From Heterodontus francisci (lineage: Eukaryota), in assembly GCF_036365525.1 (NCBI RefSeq), contig NC_090418.1, positions 10,850,856 through 10,914,855 of the forward strand: 64,000 nucleotides of DNA. The letters run 5' to 3'. The position numbers were made by a program, and so were the translations under genes. Positions 35,795 through 49,363 of the stretch are shown here, piece after piece. A model generated the notes under the pieces. The model was not told where the DNA came from. It did no database searches and saw only the letters and a program-made list of their open reading frames with translations. Each line of letters begins with the position of its first letter. The stretch's first letter is position 1.

Positions 35795-38613
35795 TCACAA
35801 TTGATTGAATGGAGTTTGCTTGTGTTTCCTGTACAGGAACAAGGCTATCAATGAAGCAGAGATCAGACAGACAGCTGTCACAGTCAGGGCCACAATCAGG
35901 ACCACCTCAGACTCCACACCTACAAAGCAATGAGAAACCAATGGTTAGTGAAGGAAACACTGAGGGAAAATGGAAACTAGCAGTCAGCCAACTCACCACC
36001 TGGAGACCTCTCCTGCAGCCTTCGCTCAACCTCATTCAAGGACTCAGTTGCTAGGTCAGTTACCTCAGTATCCAGAATGACCAGGGGTCCAAGTGAGGCC
36101 TCACCCTCCCACTTCAATCCAGCTTCACTCTCTGCAATATCAAACATGCCAGTTAGAGGGGGTAAAGGGAGACCTCCCACATCTAGAGGATCAATGTCCT
36201 ACCAGCTTCAGGTACAAGATCCCTCCTTCCTCTGGAAGGAAATCGGAACTCCCTTGTGGCACCACAGTTACCCACATGACAACAGGCACAAATGTCATTG
36301 TTGGATTCATCCAATGGGGTCCAGCTAAATAAGAAACAGTTGATCAACCAGGTTGTCCATCACCTTTCATACATGCGTGTGAAGTAAAACAAACCTACAC
36401 ATTCTGCATCTTTTGGAAAGTACAAGCTTTGTTCATGGAATCTCTCCGATCCACTGGAGCAACTTTCAGGTGACATGTGATGAAAGTCTGTGGGATAAAT
36501 TTCAACACAAGTTATTTAGTGACTCCCTCCCAACATGAAAAACCTAATGAATGAACCATATTCCTCTTACCAAGGAACGTTCATCTCCAAAGAAGCGGAA
36601 AGCATCCAGGTCAAACCGGATCTTGTCCAGCTCACGCTCGTCTCTTGGCAATACGAAGGTTGAAAAGGAGTCGTCAGCTTTGCTGTCCAGGAGGCAACTG
36701 GAGAAAGATTCAAAAAGGGACATGAAGTGAATCAAGTGAAGCCATTGAGATGGGAGCAGCTGGAGAAAGCAGAGAGCTCCTTACCCATTGTAGTCAATGA
36801 TGCTGTATCTCGGGGTGGAATCCTTGTCTGGGCTCAATGTAGCTACACAGCGGTCAATGTAGAGCTTCAGGGGCATGTGGTTGGTCATTGAAACAGAGGC
36901 CTCAATGTGAATGAGGTCACCCAGGTAGTAGACAGTCGAAGTACGCTCTGTAAGCCAGTCATCTGAAGTACAAGAGGACAAGGGTTAGAGACAGTGGGTA
37001 CAACTCCCAGTGGGTGAGTACAGGAAATCACTCCCCATCCACCCATCACATACCATTCATTAGGCGCAGTGAGAATGACAGATGCCCTTCTCCAGACTTG
37101 GTGGAGCTGAATGGGATCCAGGTGGGCTTGATGGGGTTACTGCTCACATTGCCCTTCCTGGAAGGATAGGAGAGTCATTTTAGGACAAGTTCAGAGAACT
37201 TGCATTGGACTGAAAATTCATTAATAAAAATCACTCATCTATTACCTAAAATAATGACACTCAATGGGAATGACAGCTCCATTTGTTCTCACAATGACAG
37301 ATCCATGATACTGGGGGGTGTGGTTCAGGTGGGTGGTGTAGACCAGGAAATCTCCAGCAATCTGAAAGACAAATATCAGGAATGAAGAGAAACTTTGGCT
37401 AATGAGTTTAGAGGAATGAGGGAGGTTCTCAAACTGAGTTTGCTGGGTAAATACTGAGGGGCTATTCCTTTGACTAGAACAAGGTCGGCTAATCATGCCA
37501 TAGATTTTTTTTTGGACTTTCCAATCTCACTGGAAGTTGTGCTCAGTTGAGTACATTCAAAATAGAATAGTTCTTGGGCTAAAGTAAATCAAGAAACATG
37601 GGGACTGAGTGGGAAAGTGGAGTTAGTGTAGAATTTCAGCCACAATCTTATTAACAGAGGTCAGTCTCCAAGGCTCTACACACTCTGCTGTAGATTGTCC
37701 AACAGTTGGCCATTACCACCACAGAAGTTAATGTGAGGAGAACAGGCAAGCATGAAGGACTGACCAAAAGCAAAGTGAATCAATGAAGGGACAGCTTCAC
37801 TTAACAGCTCAAGGAAACACAAACTGGCAGTAATTTGAAAGTATTAACAAAAGATTTGCCTTCATTTAATCCAAGCATTCTAATCACCAGGAGGCTCCCT
37901 TCAAATCACATTTAATTCTACAACTTATCCACAAAAAGTCAGTTAGATTGAATTCAATATTCAGATTTTAACATTCAATCTAAAAACCCACAAGACAAAG
38001 CATACAGTAGGAAAAGCTTGGAAAAACCACGTGAAGGATAAGACCAATGGGGTTGATAGTCAACACTGGATTAACCAGGTGACCTGATAAAACAAAGGAC
38101 AATTGAATCAGGTTTAATGTTTACAAAACAGGCATCTCTTTAAAAAGTATTAAAGTGAAAAAGCAGGGAAACAATCTACACCAAGTTGATAACACAAGTT
38201 AAAGACATTACCTGCAATCTGCTGCCACACTCATGGAGCCCATAGTCAAAGAGGACAGTGTGGTTCTGAGAGTAGATCCTGGTCGGCCGACAACCTGCTG
38301 TCCCCAGGGTCAGGTCAGCAGCTTTAATCAGGTGCCTGGTTCCAAATAAATCCATCTGGACCCTGACCAGCAGGTTCTGCTCTCCACACTGCACCGTCAC
38401 AGTCTGCAGTGGAGACACACTTCGACCCTCAGACACACGGAAATGGGAACCAAAGGGAGGCCCAGTTGGAGGGACTCTCTGAGGCACAGGGGTGGCTTTT
38501 ACTCTTCTCCATGGAAACCTCTGGTCTCGAAACTGTTGCCAAGTATCAGAGCAACAGACAACTCCAACTAACACCAGCACTGGGAACAAACCCCTCATTA
38601 CAAAATCCCCCAT
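35795..38613 (-). CDS. ZP3: ZP3-like, copy 3 (9 exons, ~465 aa, intact)
   Basis: Exons 38613-38212, 37361-37246, 37157-37054, 36962-36785, 36697-36571, 36487-36399, 36324-36203, 36131-35997, 35919-35795; furin RGRR; TATA at 38658-38664. Confidence 0.93.
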
Positions 38614-38879
38614 GATACCAAACAACTCAACCATCCCTTCACCCACCAACCAGCTCCTTTTATACACACAACCTGCAGTCACCTGACACCAATGATCCCA
38701 GAAGCAGCAACATTGAACCAATTAACCAGCTCCAATCTCCACAATTTACACCCAATGACAGAACCCATGGATTTATTGGCAGGAGGCTCTTCCACACAGG
38801 GGTTTATTAAAGAATTCGCCCTGATCCAATGGGATTGTTGTTCTTGGTGATTGGCTGTGGGAAGTGCTTCACACTCAGA

Positions 38880-39560
38880 ATGTGGTTCCAAGGGACACTG
38901 CACGGATCAGGTGGAGTGGAAATGTCATCGGTCTCCATATAGTTGAAGCAAATTGATCCATCGCTGAACTGGGAAATTTCCTTCTTTCTTCCTGCTGCAC
39001 AGGACGCAGAGAGGGTTTCCTGTGTAGGCCTCTTATACACACTTTCAGACTTCCTCCCCCTTGTCTCCCCTCCCAACACAATCTGCTGTTCTGTCTTGCT
39101 ACCCTGCGGATACTGGTAGCCCCAGAAGAGGGCTCTTTCTGTGGGACCCGTCCCCTTGCACCATTGGGAATCTGGTGTGAACATTACAGGAGTGGTTGTG
39201 TGCAACGGGCTTTCAAACATCCTCACAGACTCCCAGGCTGCCTGGGAGAAGTCTGTGGTTCGTGTTTATTCTGAGTGTGAGATTGCTACTCCTGCACTGT
39301 CTCAATTTTTCGCTGCATTTCAGTCCCAGGTTCCTGAGCCTTGGCCACCCTGTGAGGAGGAGAGAAGTGGATATGTCAGAGGATCCCCTTGTGGCGTTGC
39401 TCCTGGGCCTGGCCAAGGGGGCCATTAACAGGTCCGTCCAGCGCCCGGTCAAGTGGACCCGTCCCCCAGAGAGCTGCCCTCTTCCACGGTTACGGCCATG
39501 CCCGAGTGCCCCTGGAGAGGCATGTCGGTACCCCTGAGGCCTTCCGCGACTGCTGGCACT
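38880..39560 (+). mobile_element. Tx1-clade LINE ORF2 3' fragment
   Basis: Duplicate of 12000-12670 (LHFSPRFLSLGHPVRR..LLLGLAKGAINRS). Confidence 0.7.
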
Positions 39561-40319
39561 TATAACTTGGCAGGTTTCTTGGGTGAAGTGGAGACGATGA
39601 ATAATTTCAAAAGGAAATTGGATGGGCACTTTCAGAGCTATCGGGATAGCCCAGGGAATGGGACTGGGTTGCTCTACAGAGAGCCAGCATGCACCCTATG
39701 GGCTGAATGGCCCCCTTCTGTGCCATTATGACTCTTAAAAGTACTTCAACAATGAGTACCAGATTATAAAGGGGTACATGTGATTTCAGTGATTCTGATT
39801 GGTGATATCATCCTCTAAAAATTAGTAAAAAGCAGTAGCAGTTGCAACCCCTGAAAAGGGGGGCTCCTTAACATTTAGCTACATTTTAACCCCACTCTGC
39901 TAATCTTTCGATGCCTGGATGAGAGGGGTGGGGGTTTGCAAGTTGAAGGATCTTCTTGTCTGCCCTAAAACAGCAATTTGTAGATCCAGGACTGGTGGGC
40001 CCCATGGGGGCTAGGCGGGAGAGGGGAGGGAGTCTCCCTGCCTGCCTCTGTTCTGCAGTTTTACCTGTGCTTGGATGTCCCTGGAGAGGGGGAATGCCTC
40101 CAATGACTGGTGGGCACTGCAAGGTGTGGAGTGTCTTGCAGACATCAAGAATAACATTCTGATTAAGGTGAGAGGAAATCCTTATGATTTTGCTCAAATG
40201 TGATGCTTATTTTGGCAAATTTTCAGTCTGATTGAACCATCTCATATTTGTGCCCGGTGAGGTATACTTGTTGTGATGACCATAGAGTAACCATATAACC
40301 AAGAAAATGCCCATTCAGA

Positions 40320-40530
40320 TAATAATCCCATTGGATCAGGGCAAATTCTTTAATGAGTCCCTGTGTGGAGAGGACCCACCCAGCAATAAATCCATGAGTT
40401 CTGTCATTGGGTGGAAATTGTGGAGATTGGGGCTGGTTAATTGGCTCAATGTTGCTGCTTCTGGGATCATTGGTGTCAGGTGACTGCAGGTTGTGTGTAT
40501 AAAAGGAGCTGGTTGGTGGGTGAAGGGATG
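40320..40530 (+). promoter_or_regulatory. ZP3 copy 4 promoter (divergent from copy 3)
   Basis: TATAAAA 40498-40504, CAGGTG E-box and ATTGG repeats; upstream part matches copies 1 and 3. Confidence 0.7.
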
Positions 40531-40548
40531 GTTGAGTTGTTTGGTATC

Positions 40549-43500
40549 ATGGGGGATTTTGTAATGAGGGGTTTGTTCCCAGTGCTGGTGTTAGTTGGAG
40601 TTGTCTGTTGCTCTGATACTTGGCAACAGTTTCGAGACCAGAGGTTTCCATGGAGAAGAGTAAAAGCCACCCCTGTGCCTCAGAGAGTCTCTCCAACTGG
40701 GTCTCCCTTTGGTTCCCACTTCCGTGTGTCTGAGGGCCGAAGTGTGTCTCCACTGCAGACTGTGACGGTGCAGTGTGGAGAGCAGAACCTGCTGGTCAGG
40801 GTCCAGATGGATTTATTTGGAACCAGGCACCTGATTAAAGCTGCTGACCTGACCCTGGGGACAGCAGGTTGTCGGCTGACCAGGATCTACTCTCAGAACC
40901 ACACTGTCCTCTTTGACTATGGGCTCCATGAGTGTGGCAGCAGATTGCAGGTAATGAGTCCTTGACTCTTGTTCTAAGTCTGGTGTGTAAGTTTTCCACT
41001 CTCTCCTTTTCAATACTTAGTGAAATGTTATTATTAAATCTGGTCTTGTCCCTTTATAAAACCTCAAACTTTATTTCAATTAATATATTGTGTATTGATG
41101 TAGGTATTGTAACCTTGATATTGGTTTGGTACCTTTTTTTTCCCTGGTTCCTTCAAGCTTTTCATTGTGTATTGTTTTGTGGCTTCTCAACTTGAATTCA
41201 AGTTTTAAGTAAGTTAATCTGACTCTTTTATTTGAGCAAAAATTTGGATTAAATGAGATGTGGTGCTCTTGAAGGGAGCTCCATGCTTAATTTCCCTATG
41301 ATCATACTTGGATTAAATGAAGTGCAAAACTAGCCTGTTCATTGTTCCTAATTTTGAACAAGAGATTTCTTCCTTTATTTAAAGTGAAGCCATTCTTTCA
41401 TTCAGTCACACTTCTACTCATTATGCTCTCCAGGTTAACTGCTGAAGTAGCACAATTTGGATTTATGAAATCAGTCTGTTAAACTACTGCAGTGTGATTG
41501 GCCATTCAATAACATTGTTTGTTCTTTGCGTAAAAATCTCTCGCTTTCATATGCCCAAATAAGCATAATCATCTCCAGTGTAAGATTTTCAACTGAATGA
41601 ATCTATTTCCTTGGTCCTAAATAGCTGACCCTAGTTCTACATTTTCTAGCCAGATGAAGTTTCTTTTCAACTTACTGTCAAGTCCTGTAAGTTTTTCTCC
41701 AACAATCTGAATCATCTGAATGTTAATTTCTTAACTTGATTTCTTTCAGATGGCTGGAGATTTCCTGGTCTACACCACCCACCTCCACCACACCCCCCAG
41801 TATCATGGATCTGTCATTGTGAGAACAAATGGAGCTGTCATTCCCATTGAGTGTCATTATTTTAGGTAAGTTGAGTGAATTTAGTTTTCAATCTAATTCA
41901 AGTTCTGATATCCTAGCATAACTCTCCTATCCTTCCAGGAAGGGCAATGTGAGCAGTAACCCCATCAAGCCCACCTGGATCCCATTCAGCTCCACCAAGT
42001 CTGGAGAAGGGCATCTGTCATTCTCACTGCGCCTAATGAATGGTATGTGATGGGTGGATGGGGAGTGATTTCCTGTACTCACCCACTGGGAGTTGTACCC
42101 ACTGTCTCCAACCCTTGTCCTCTTGTATTTCAGATGACTGGCTTACAGAGCGCACCTCGACTGTCTACTACCTGGGTGACCTCATTCACATTGAGGCCTC
42201 TGTTTCAATGACCAACCACATGCCCCTGAAGCTCTACATTGACCGCTGTGTAGCTACATTGAGCCCAGACAAGGATTCCACCCCGAGATACAGCATCATT
42301 GACTACAATGGGTAAGGAGCTCTCTGCTTTCTCCAGCTGCTCCCATCTCCATGGCTTCACTTGATTCCCTTCATGTCCCTCTTTGAATCTTTCTCCAGTT
42401 GCCTCCTGGACAGCAAAGCTGAGGACTCCTTTTCAACCTTCGTGTTGCCAAGAGACGAGCGTGAGCTGGACAAGATCCAGTTTGACCTGGATGCTTTCCG
42501 CTTCTTTGGAGATGACCGTTCCTTGGTAAGAGGAAGCTGATCATTACGCAGTACTGCACATTCAGGTCAACTTGTCCATGCTGACTACATGTCTCTCAAA
42601 CTGCCCTCCTCTCTCCTAACATGAGCTCCTATTCCTTCCTTCAAGTGGTTCTTTAGATTCCCTTAAGTAGCATCTGTGATTTTTCCTTAACTACTTTGTG
42701 GCATTGAGTTCCACTCTATATAAGGATAAAGCTTTCCTGAATTTGTGATTTGGTATTTAGTGACTTATTAATGACCCCTAGTTCTGGTCTCCAAATGCAG
42801 CATCTTGTCTACATCTACCCTTTTTCATTGAAGACTTCTTGGGTCACTGTAGCCTTTTGAGTCCCAGTCTGTTAATTCTTTCCTAATGGATGTAAGCTTG
42901 GTTTTGGTCTGATCCTAAGTGGGGTTTTTGGCACTGTCCAGTTCTTCACCCTTTCCCTAATTCAGAACCTGAACTGTTCCTCGTATTCCCTCTATTAAGA
43001 AAATGAAGGTTAATGTTGGACAGAGAACAACCCTTCTCTGTAGAGGTGATGTAACAGTCATATTGTAATGTGCTTCAGAAGAAACTAGCAGCACCAAGAA
43101 TGCTAGCTCGAGAGGCTTGTGTTTAGTTGACCTTATCCAGACACTCAATCTTGATAACCTAACTATGCCACTACAACAATACACAACACTTCATAGTTTA
43201 ACAAAAGGTTCTAGACCACTTCTTTGCTTACCAATTCTAACTCTTTGACTTTTTTTTTTAATTGGCCTTATTAACTTCCACTAAGTGGTCTGTTCCCAGT
43301 CCCTCAGCCACTTGTAACCTGGGAAGATTGGCCTCAGGATAAAATGTATGTCCTTGTGCTTAATGATACTGGAGCAATTGCACATCCATTTTGCAAGTTT
43401 TTCATCTTGTACGTTGTTATATTCTCCTCCAACTATAACATAAATTTGTCTGCAAATTTTACAAATGCAGTCTATTCGAAGTTCCAGTCACTTGTACAAA

Positions 43501-44352
43501 GTCCCAGCATCAGTCCTTGAACCTGCTTTCCTTCATATTTCAATTTAATTTTTTAATTTTGTCCATTCTGCTTAACAAATTAACAGGTTAACAAATTGGC
43601 TACTTGCCGCAATGTTGGGAGGGAGTCAATAAATTTGTGTTGAATGTGTCCTCAGATTTTCATCACCTGTCACCTGAAAGTTGCTCCAGTGGATCGGAGA
43701 GATTCCATGAACAAAGCTTGTACTTTCCAGAAGATGCAGAATGTGTAAGTTGACTTTCTGACTCCTTCAGGGTGTTGTATGGAGAAGTGATTAACAACCT
43801 GGTTGATCAATTGTTTCTTGTTTAGCTGGACCCCATTGGAGCAATCCAACAATGACATTTGTGCCTGTTGCCATGTGGGTAACTGTGGTGCCACAAGGGA
43901 GTTCCGATTTCCTTCCAAAGGAAGGAGGGATCTTGTACCTGAAGCTGGTAGGACATTGATCCTCTAGATGTGGGAGGTCTCCCTTTACCCCCTCTAACTG
44001 GCATGTTTGATATTGCAGAGAGTGAAGCTGGATTGAAGTGGGAGGGTGAGGCCTCACTTGGACCCCTGGTCATTCTGGATAATGAGGTGACTGACATGGC
44101 AACGGAGTCCTTGAATGAGGTTGAGCGAAGGCTGCAGGCGAGGTCTCCAGGTGGTGAGTTGGCTGACTGCTAGTTTCCATTTTTCCCCTCAGTGTTTCCT
44201 TCACTAACCATTGGTTTCTCATTGCTTTTGTAGGTGTGGAGTCTGAGGTGGTCCTAATTGTGGCCCTGACTGTGACAGCTCTCTGTCTGATCTCTGCTTC
44301 ATTGATCGCCTTGTTCCTGTACAGGAAACACAAGCAAACTCTGATCAACTAG
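40549..44352 (+). CDS. ZP3: ZP3-like, copy 4 (9 exons, 463 aa; furin site KGRR; enlarged intron 5)
   Basis: Exons 40549-40950, 41750-41865, 41939-42042, 42134-42311, 42399-42525, 43656-43744, 43826-43947, 44019-44153, 44234-44352. Confidence 0.92.
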
Positions 44353-44851
44353 TTATCAAATGATCAATAAAGCAGTAATTGTATCCTGTGCCTAGTAACT
44401 GATTTGTCACTTTATATTCTGTGGGCTGGACAGTGTAAAATACTGTTTCGCACTTGGTAATGTTCCGTCAGTCATACAACACAGAAACAGGCCCTTTGGC
44501 CCATCCTGTCTGTGCCAGCCATCAAGAACTGACCTATCAAGGAAACTAGTGGAAAAATGGCTGCTAATAGTTTACCTAGGAGATGTTTGGATGGTGTCTA
44601 TGGCAACTGCACAGGCCTCACATGCAGTTCAGTGAAGTCTAGTTGTGTGCAGTTCTCCTGAATTAGTGCAGACTGGATCCAAACTATTCTTTTTAGTTTT
44701 GTGTAGCTGCTATACTCGTACTAGAAATTCCCAAACTTCTAGTTTGGGGTCAACTGTTAAAAGCAACTTCTATGACACTCAAATGACCCCAGGTTATCGC
44801 AGGAAGTGACTTTCAGCTGACTTTCCAGGAATGCTTCCAATGGAATCCCAT

Positions 44852-44875
44852 CCCCCCCCCCCCCCCCCCCCCCCC
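44852..44875. repeat. Poly-C tract (~24 nt)
   Basis: Seen directly. Confidence 0.9.
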
Positions 44876-46084
44876 TTCAACAGGTAGGATCATTGATTCA
44901 CTAGGTCTAGTATCTTGGAGCTGGCTGCATGGACTAGGGTAGGAGTGAGCTTGTAGCATTTCACCTGCAGGGTAACTGGGAGCTCAGTGCTTGGATCTCA
45001 ATTCCCTAGGGTGAAGGGTACAGCTGAACCCTTGTGAATCAAATGATGGCAGAACATAGGATTTGAACTGGTTGGATTCTTAGAGGGAGGAGGAAGGAAA
45101 GGAGCTGCTAACTCAGTGCTTTGCAGCCTCCAAGGGAGGGGAAAAATATAGTTTTACCTCCTGCACAGAGTTCTTTACAGCCCTTGCTCGTCTGTCTGGG
45201 TTTGGACTCAGAACAAGGTGAGCTTTTAATGGACCCCCTCCCAATCCCACCAGTCCCGAGTGGGGCCTCTATGCTTGGTGGGAGAACAGAAGGATATCTG
45301 CATTCTTGTACTGACTAAAATGGCTGAGACCCCCCATAATGAATGAAGACAAAGAATATAATTTGGGATGGGATTTGCAACTTTTTTTCCCCCTCACTCC
45401 AGCACACGGTGGTTGAAGCTCAGACAATGTGGCCTACAGGTGGGCTGACTTTTTCTCTCTGGCTTCCTCTTACCCAGTCTGACCACTGTTTACTTTGATA
45501 CTTTTTTTTTATTATTTTTGATGTTTACAGCTGGCCTCAGTTATACTTTCCAAAGAAAGTAACTTGGAAAGTATGACCTTTTAAAATCTGAAATAAGACT
45601 TCCTTTTCTAGGTCCAGTTTAAAAAATAACCCAGATCCATATTACTTTGTACAGCAGTCTTGCTGAAATAAACAGTGATGTCTAACAGCTGTGTTTTCAC
45701 CCCAAGCACAGAACCAATTGTCTCCTTGTCACATTATTCCTGACTCCATAGTCTCAGCTGAGACTGTCATTTTTAGTAATTTTTAACTGTTTCCCTGTGC
45801 CTCCAGTCTGAGGGTTTTCATCAAATGGACTCTTGTTGCTCCTAGCACTGCTCCAGGTGTGAACTGTTCTATTATGGGCTGTTTACTGCATCATGCTAAA
45901 GCAATCTCCCAGTGCATGTCACCAACTCCAAGTCACAGGCCATAACTAGGCCCCAAAGTACACATGTAACTTGCACTGGGATCACAATAGCAGACTGGTG
46001 TAAAATTGTAAATATTGAATCTCCTGTTTAAATTAAATAAAACCAATCGACACACACCTGGTTTGAGTCATGACTTCACGGAAG

Positions 46085-48205
46085 GTTACTTTGCCCATGC
46101 TGGTTCTCAATCGGATCAGTCTCATTTCTCCACCCTAGCCCTGCGTTTGTTTTCCCTCAAATGCCCAACCGGTTTCATTTTGGAATCATTACTGTTCTCT
46201 GCTTCCACTACCTTTTGGCTACATGTTGCAGCTCACTCCAACTCTGTTATCAGAAGAAAGTCTTACTCACAGCCCCTGCATCTCCTGCCAAAAGCCTTTA
46301 AATCTGTGACTCCTAGTCCTTCTACCATCAGCTTTTCTTTGTTTACCTTATCTAATCCTGTCATCATCAGCTTGTACACCTCTATCAAATTTCCCTCAAC
46401 CTCCTTTGCTCTGAGAACAACCCTAGCTTCTCTAACCTAATCTTGTAGCTAAAATTCCTCATTCTTGGAACCATTTTGGTAAATCTCCTTTGTACCCCTC
46501 AAGATTCCCTCTCATCTTTCCTAAAGTGTGGTGACCAGACATGAATGCAGTATTCTAGTTGTGGCTTAACCAGAGCTTTATAAAGGCTCAGCATAACTTC
46601 CCTGATTTTTGTACTCAATGCCCTGTTAGACAGGTGGTGTGGGTGCCTGCCACTTTCACCATCAACCAATGGCAGTATTTTTAGAAAAGTGTTTAGGATC
46701 AAAAACAGACAGATGACAGGTTTTCTTGTAGGTTTTAAAGCAATGTTATCTATTTAACAATACCCAAAAATGTTCACAACCTCACCCACTTGCACATTCA
46801 CACACAGGCGTGCACACACCAGAAGTTGAGTGGGATGTAATTAAAGTCCAATTATTGTAAAGAGAGTTCACTTTTAAGCCTTGAATTTTCCAGGTGGAAT
46901 ATTTAACAACATTGCAGACCTGGAAATTACTCATCTTGAAATTGAAGAAATGCCGGAGACTCCTTTGGTTAAAATTCAGTCTGAAGTTCATGGTGGAAGT
47001 CCTGGTTCAATTTCTCAGATGGGGAGTTTTTAAGGTTACTTTGCAATCTCTTTGCCTCAGTAACTGAAAGATGGTGCTGGCAGGACTCCTTGTTTAGCAA
47101 GCTTGACCTTGCAGCAGCACTGGCTGGAATGGCTTTCTGTCTCCTCTCAGAAGTTACTTTTGTAACCTTAAAATAAGTATCAGGTTTTGGTTTCAGTCAG
47201 GTGATTCAAGATGGTCTCCCCTGGGGTGTTCATGCAATGTCCCAGGATGTGGGGACCATTGTTACATAATATGTGATCCAATAGGTGTTATTTCACACCT
47301 ATTATCTTGGCCTTGGCTTTGGAGTCAGTCTGTCTGCAAAAGTCTTTGCTCGCCCAATTTTTGACATTAGGAATCATTAATGTGGAATGGGCTGTTTTAC
47401 ATATCGATGTGCCTCCTCAAGGCGATTCCAGACGTTAATAGTGGTGCCACCTTCAACAGATAAACATGTTTATTGACAGTACAGGAGGGGATCACGTGAC
47501 TCCTCCCTCCATGTTGCCAGGTAGTAGTGTCCATTTTCCTGTAGCTTAGTTCAACAGTTTACATTTATTTCATTATTCCTCCAGTTCATTTCATATTTCA
47601 TCACCATTCCCTCTGTGACCATGGCATGTATTAATGAAGCCCAAGCTCCCATACGTTTTGCTAATTATTCACTCAATATGTCCTGCCACCTTCAAAGATC
47701 TATACAAATGAAACCCCAGATCCCTCTATCTTTTGAACTCTGCCATTTAGACCATATTATCTCTCTATCGCTTCTGCCAAAATGCATCACCTCACACTTC
47801 TCTATCATATTCTATCTGCCACTTATCTGACCATTCCACTAGCCTATCTATGTCCTGTAGCAATCGATTGGCATCGTCCCTCACTGCACCATACCGCCAA
47901 GTTTGCTATCATCGGCAAACTTTGAAATTTTACTCTGTATTGTAATCTGAGTCACGTCAACATATATCAAAAATGCAGTGATCCTCACACTGAATGTTAG
48001 GGAACACCACTGTCCACCATCCTCCAGTCCGAAAAACAACCGTGTGACTCAACTTGCTGTTTTCTGTTCTAAAGCCAATTTTTATTCAAGCTGACACTAA
48101 CCCTCCTATGCCATGTTAATCAGCCTTTTATGTGGTACTTTATCAAATGCTTTCTTAAAATCCATCTCGACAACATTCATTGCATTCCCTTCATCAACCT
48201 TCTCA
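46085..48205 (-). mobile_element. Old CR1 LINE fragment split by a solo LTR
   Basis: REVMLSLYKALVKPQLEYCIHVWSPHFRKD; aagtttgccgatgat (KFADD) on minus strand near 47915. Confidence 0.7.
46624..47606. mobile_element. Probable solo LTR (~980 bp)
   Basis: TG...CA termini, imperfect 5-bp TSD tgccc/ttccc, cleanly interrupts a CR1. Confidence 0.55.
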
Positions 48206-48835
48206 TTAACCAGTGATCGAGATGGTCAGAAAAGCCAACTAATTGCATTCACACCAACGATTATCTTTCTCTTCGCAAAGTGGCTGCATCCGAGCGGAAG
48301 ATAACAAACCTTCAGAAGACAACAGTTGGGCAAAACCCAAAAAGTTTCCTCAAATTGTAGAGTGGTGATGGGGAGGGGGGTACTTGGGGGAGTGGGAGCT
48401 GGGACAGTGGTGGGGGCAGGATAAACATTTCCGACTTGCTGACTTAATGTGCGTGCAAGAGCATCGATAAATAAAATCAATCGTGTCTGTGTAATGGTTT
48501 TCTAGGGTGCACAGCTGAACTGGTGTAACACCGTCGGCAGAGAAAGGGACGTGGACCCAGAAAGAAGGAGCTCTTGGATTCTTTCCCCCCGCACCCCACC
48601 TCCCAAGCAGTGCTGGACCTCACTTGGAGATGTGTGGTTCTCTCCTCGGAAATATGGGGCAATTCCCAAATACATATTAGTGATAAATATCTTGCATTAT
48701 TCATTAAAACATGTCCACTCAGAGCGAGAGTTTATTCATCCTTCTTAATATAAATTTTATTCTTGTCGGCGTGAGGGACCTCAGTGTTGGAGAATGGCAC
48801 ACATTCCAATTGGAGCTGGAGTGTCAAAATGAACC

Positions 48836-49355
48836 ACTCCCAGGACAGGTACAGCACGGGGTTAGATACAGAGTAAAACTCCCTCTACACTGTCCCCCAT
48901 CAAACACTCCCCAGGACGGGTACAGCGCGGGGGGTTAGATACAGAGTAAAGCTCCCTCTACACTGTTCCACATGAAACACTCCCAGGACAGGTACAGTAC
49001 GGGGGGTTAGATACAGAGTAAAGCTCCCTCTACACTGTCCCCCATCAAACACTCCCAGGACAGGTACAGTACGGGGGGTTAGATACAGAGTAAAGCTCCC
49101 TCTACACTGTCCCACATCAAACACTCCCAGAACAGGTACAGCACGGGGTTAGATACAGAGTAAAGTTCCCTCTACACTGTCCCCATCAAACACTCCCACA
49201 ACAGGTACAGCACGGGGTTAGATACAGAGTAAAGCTCTCTCTACACTGTCCCCGTCAAACACTAAAAAAAAAACGGGGTTAGATACAGAGTAAAGCTCCC
49301 TCTACATTGTCCCCATCAAACACTCCCAAGACAGATACAGCACAGGTTTGACAGA
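48836..49355. repeat. ~68-bp minisatellite array
   Basis: About seven units of cactcccaggacaggtacagcacggggttagatacagagtaaagctccctctacactgtccccatcaaa. Confidence 0.9.
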
Positions 49356-49363
49356 GAGTGTAA

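Noticed and set aside
48836-49355. Regular repeats superficially like a CRISPR array or telomeric GGGTTAG
   Set aside because: Head-to-tail units with no unique spacers, eukaryotic context, no cas genes; only one telomere-like word per unit.
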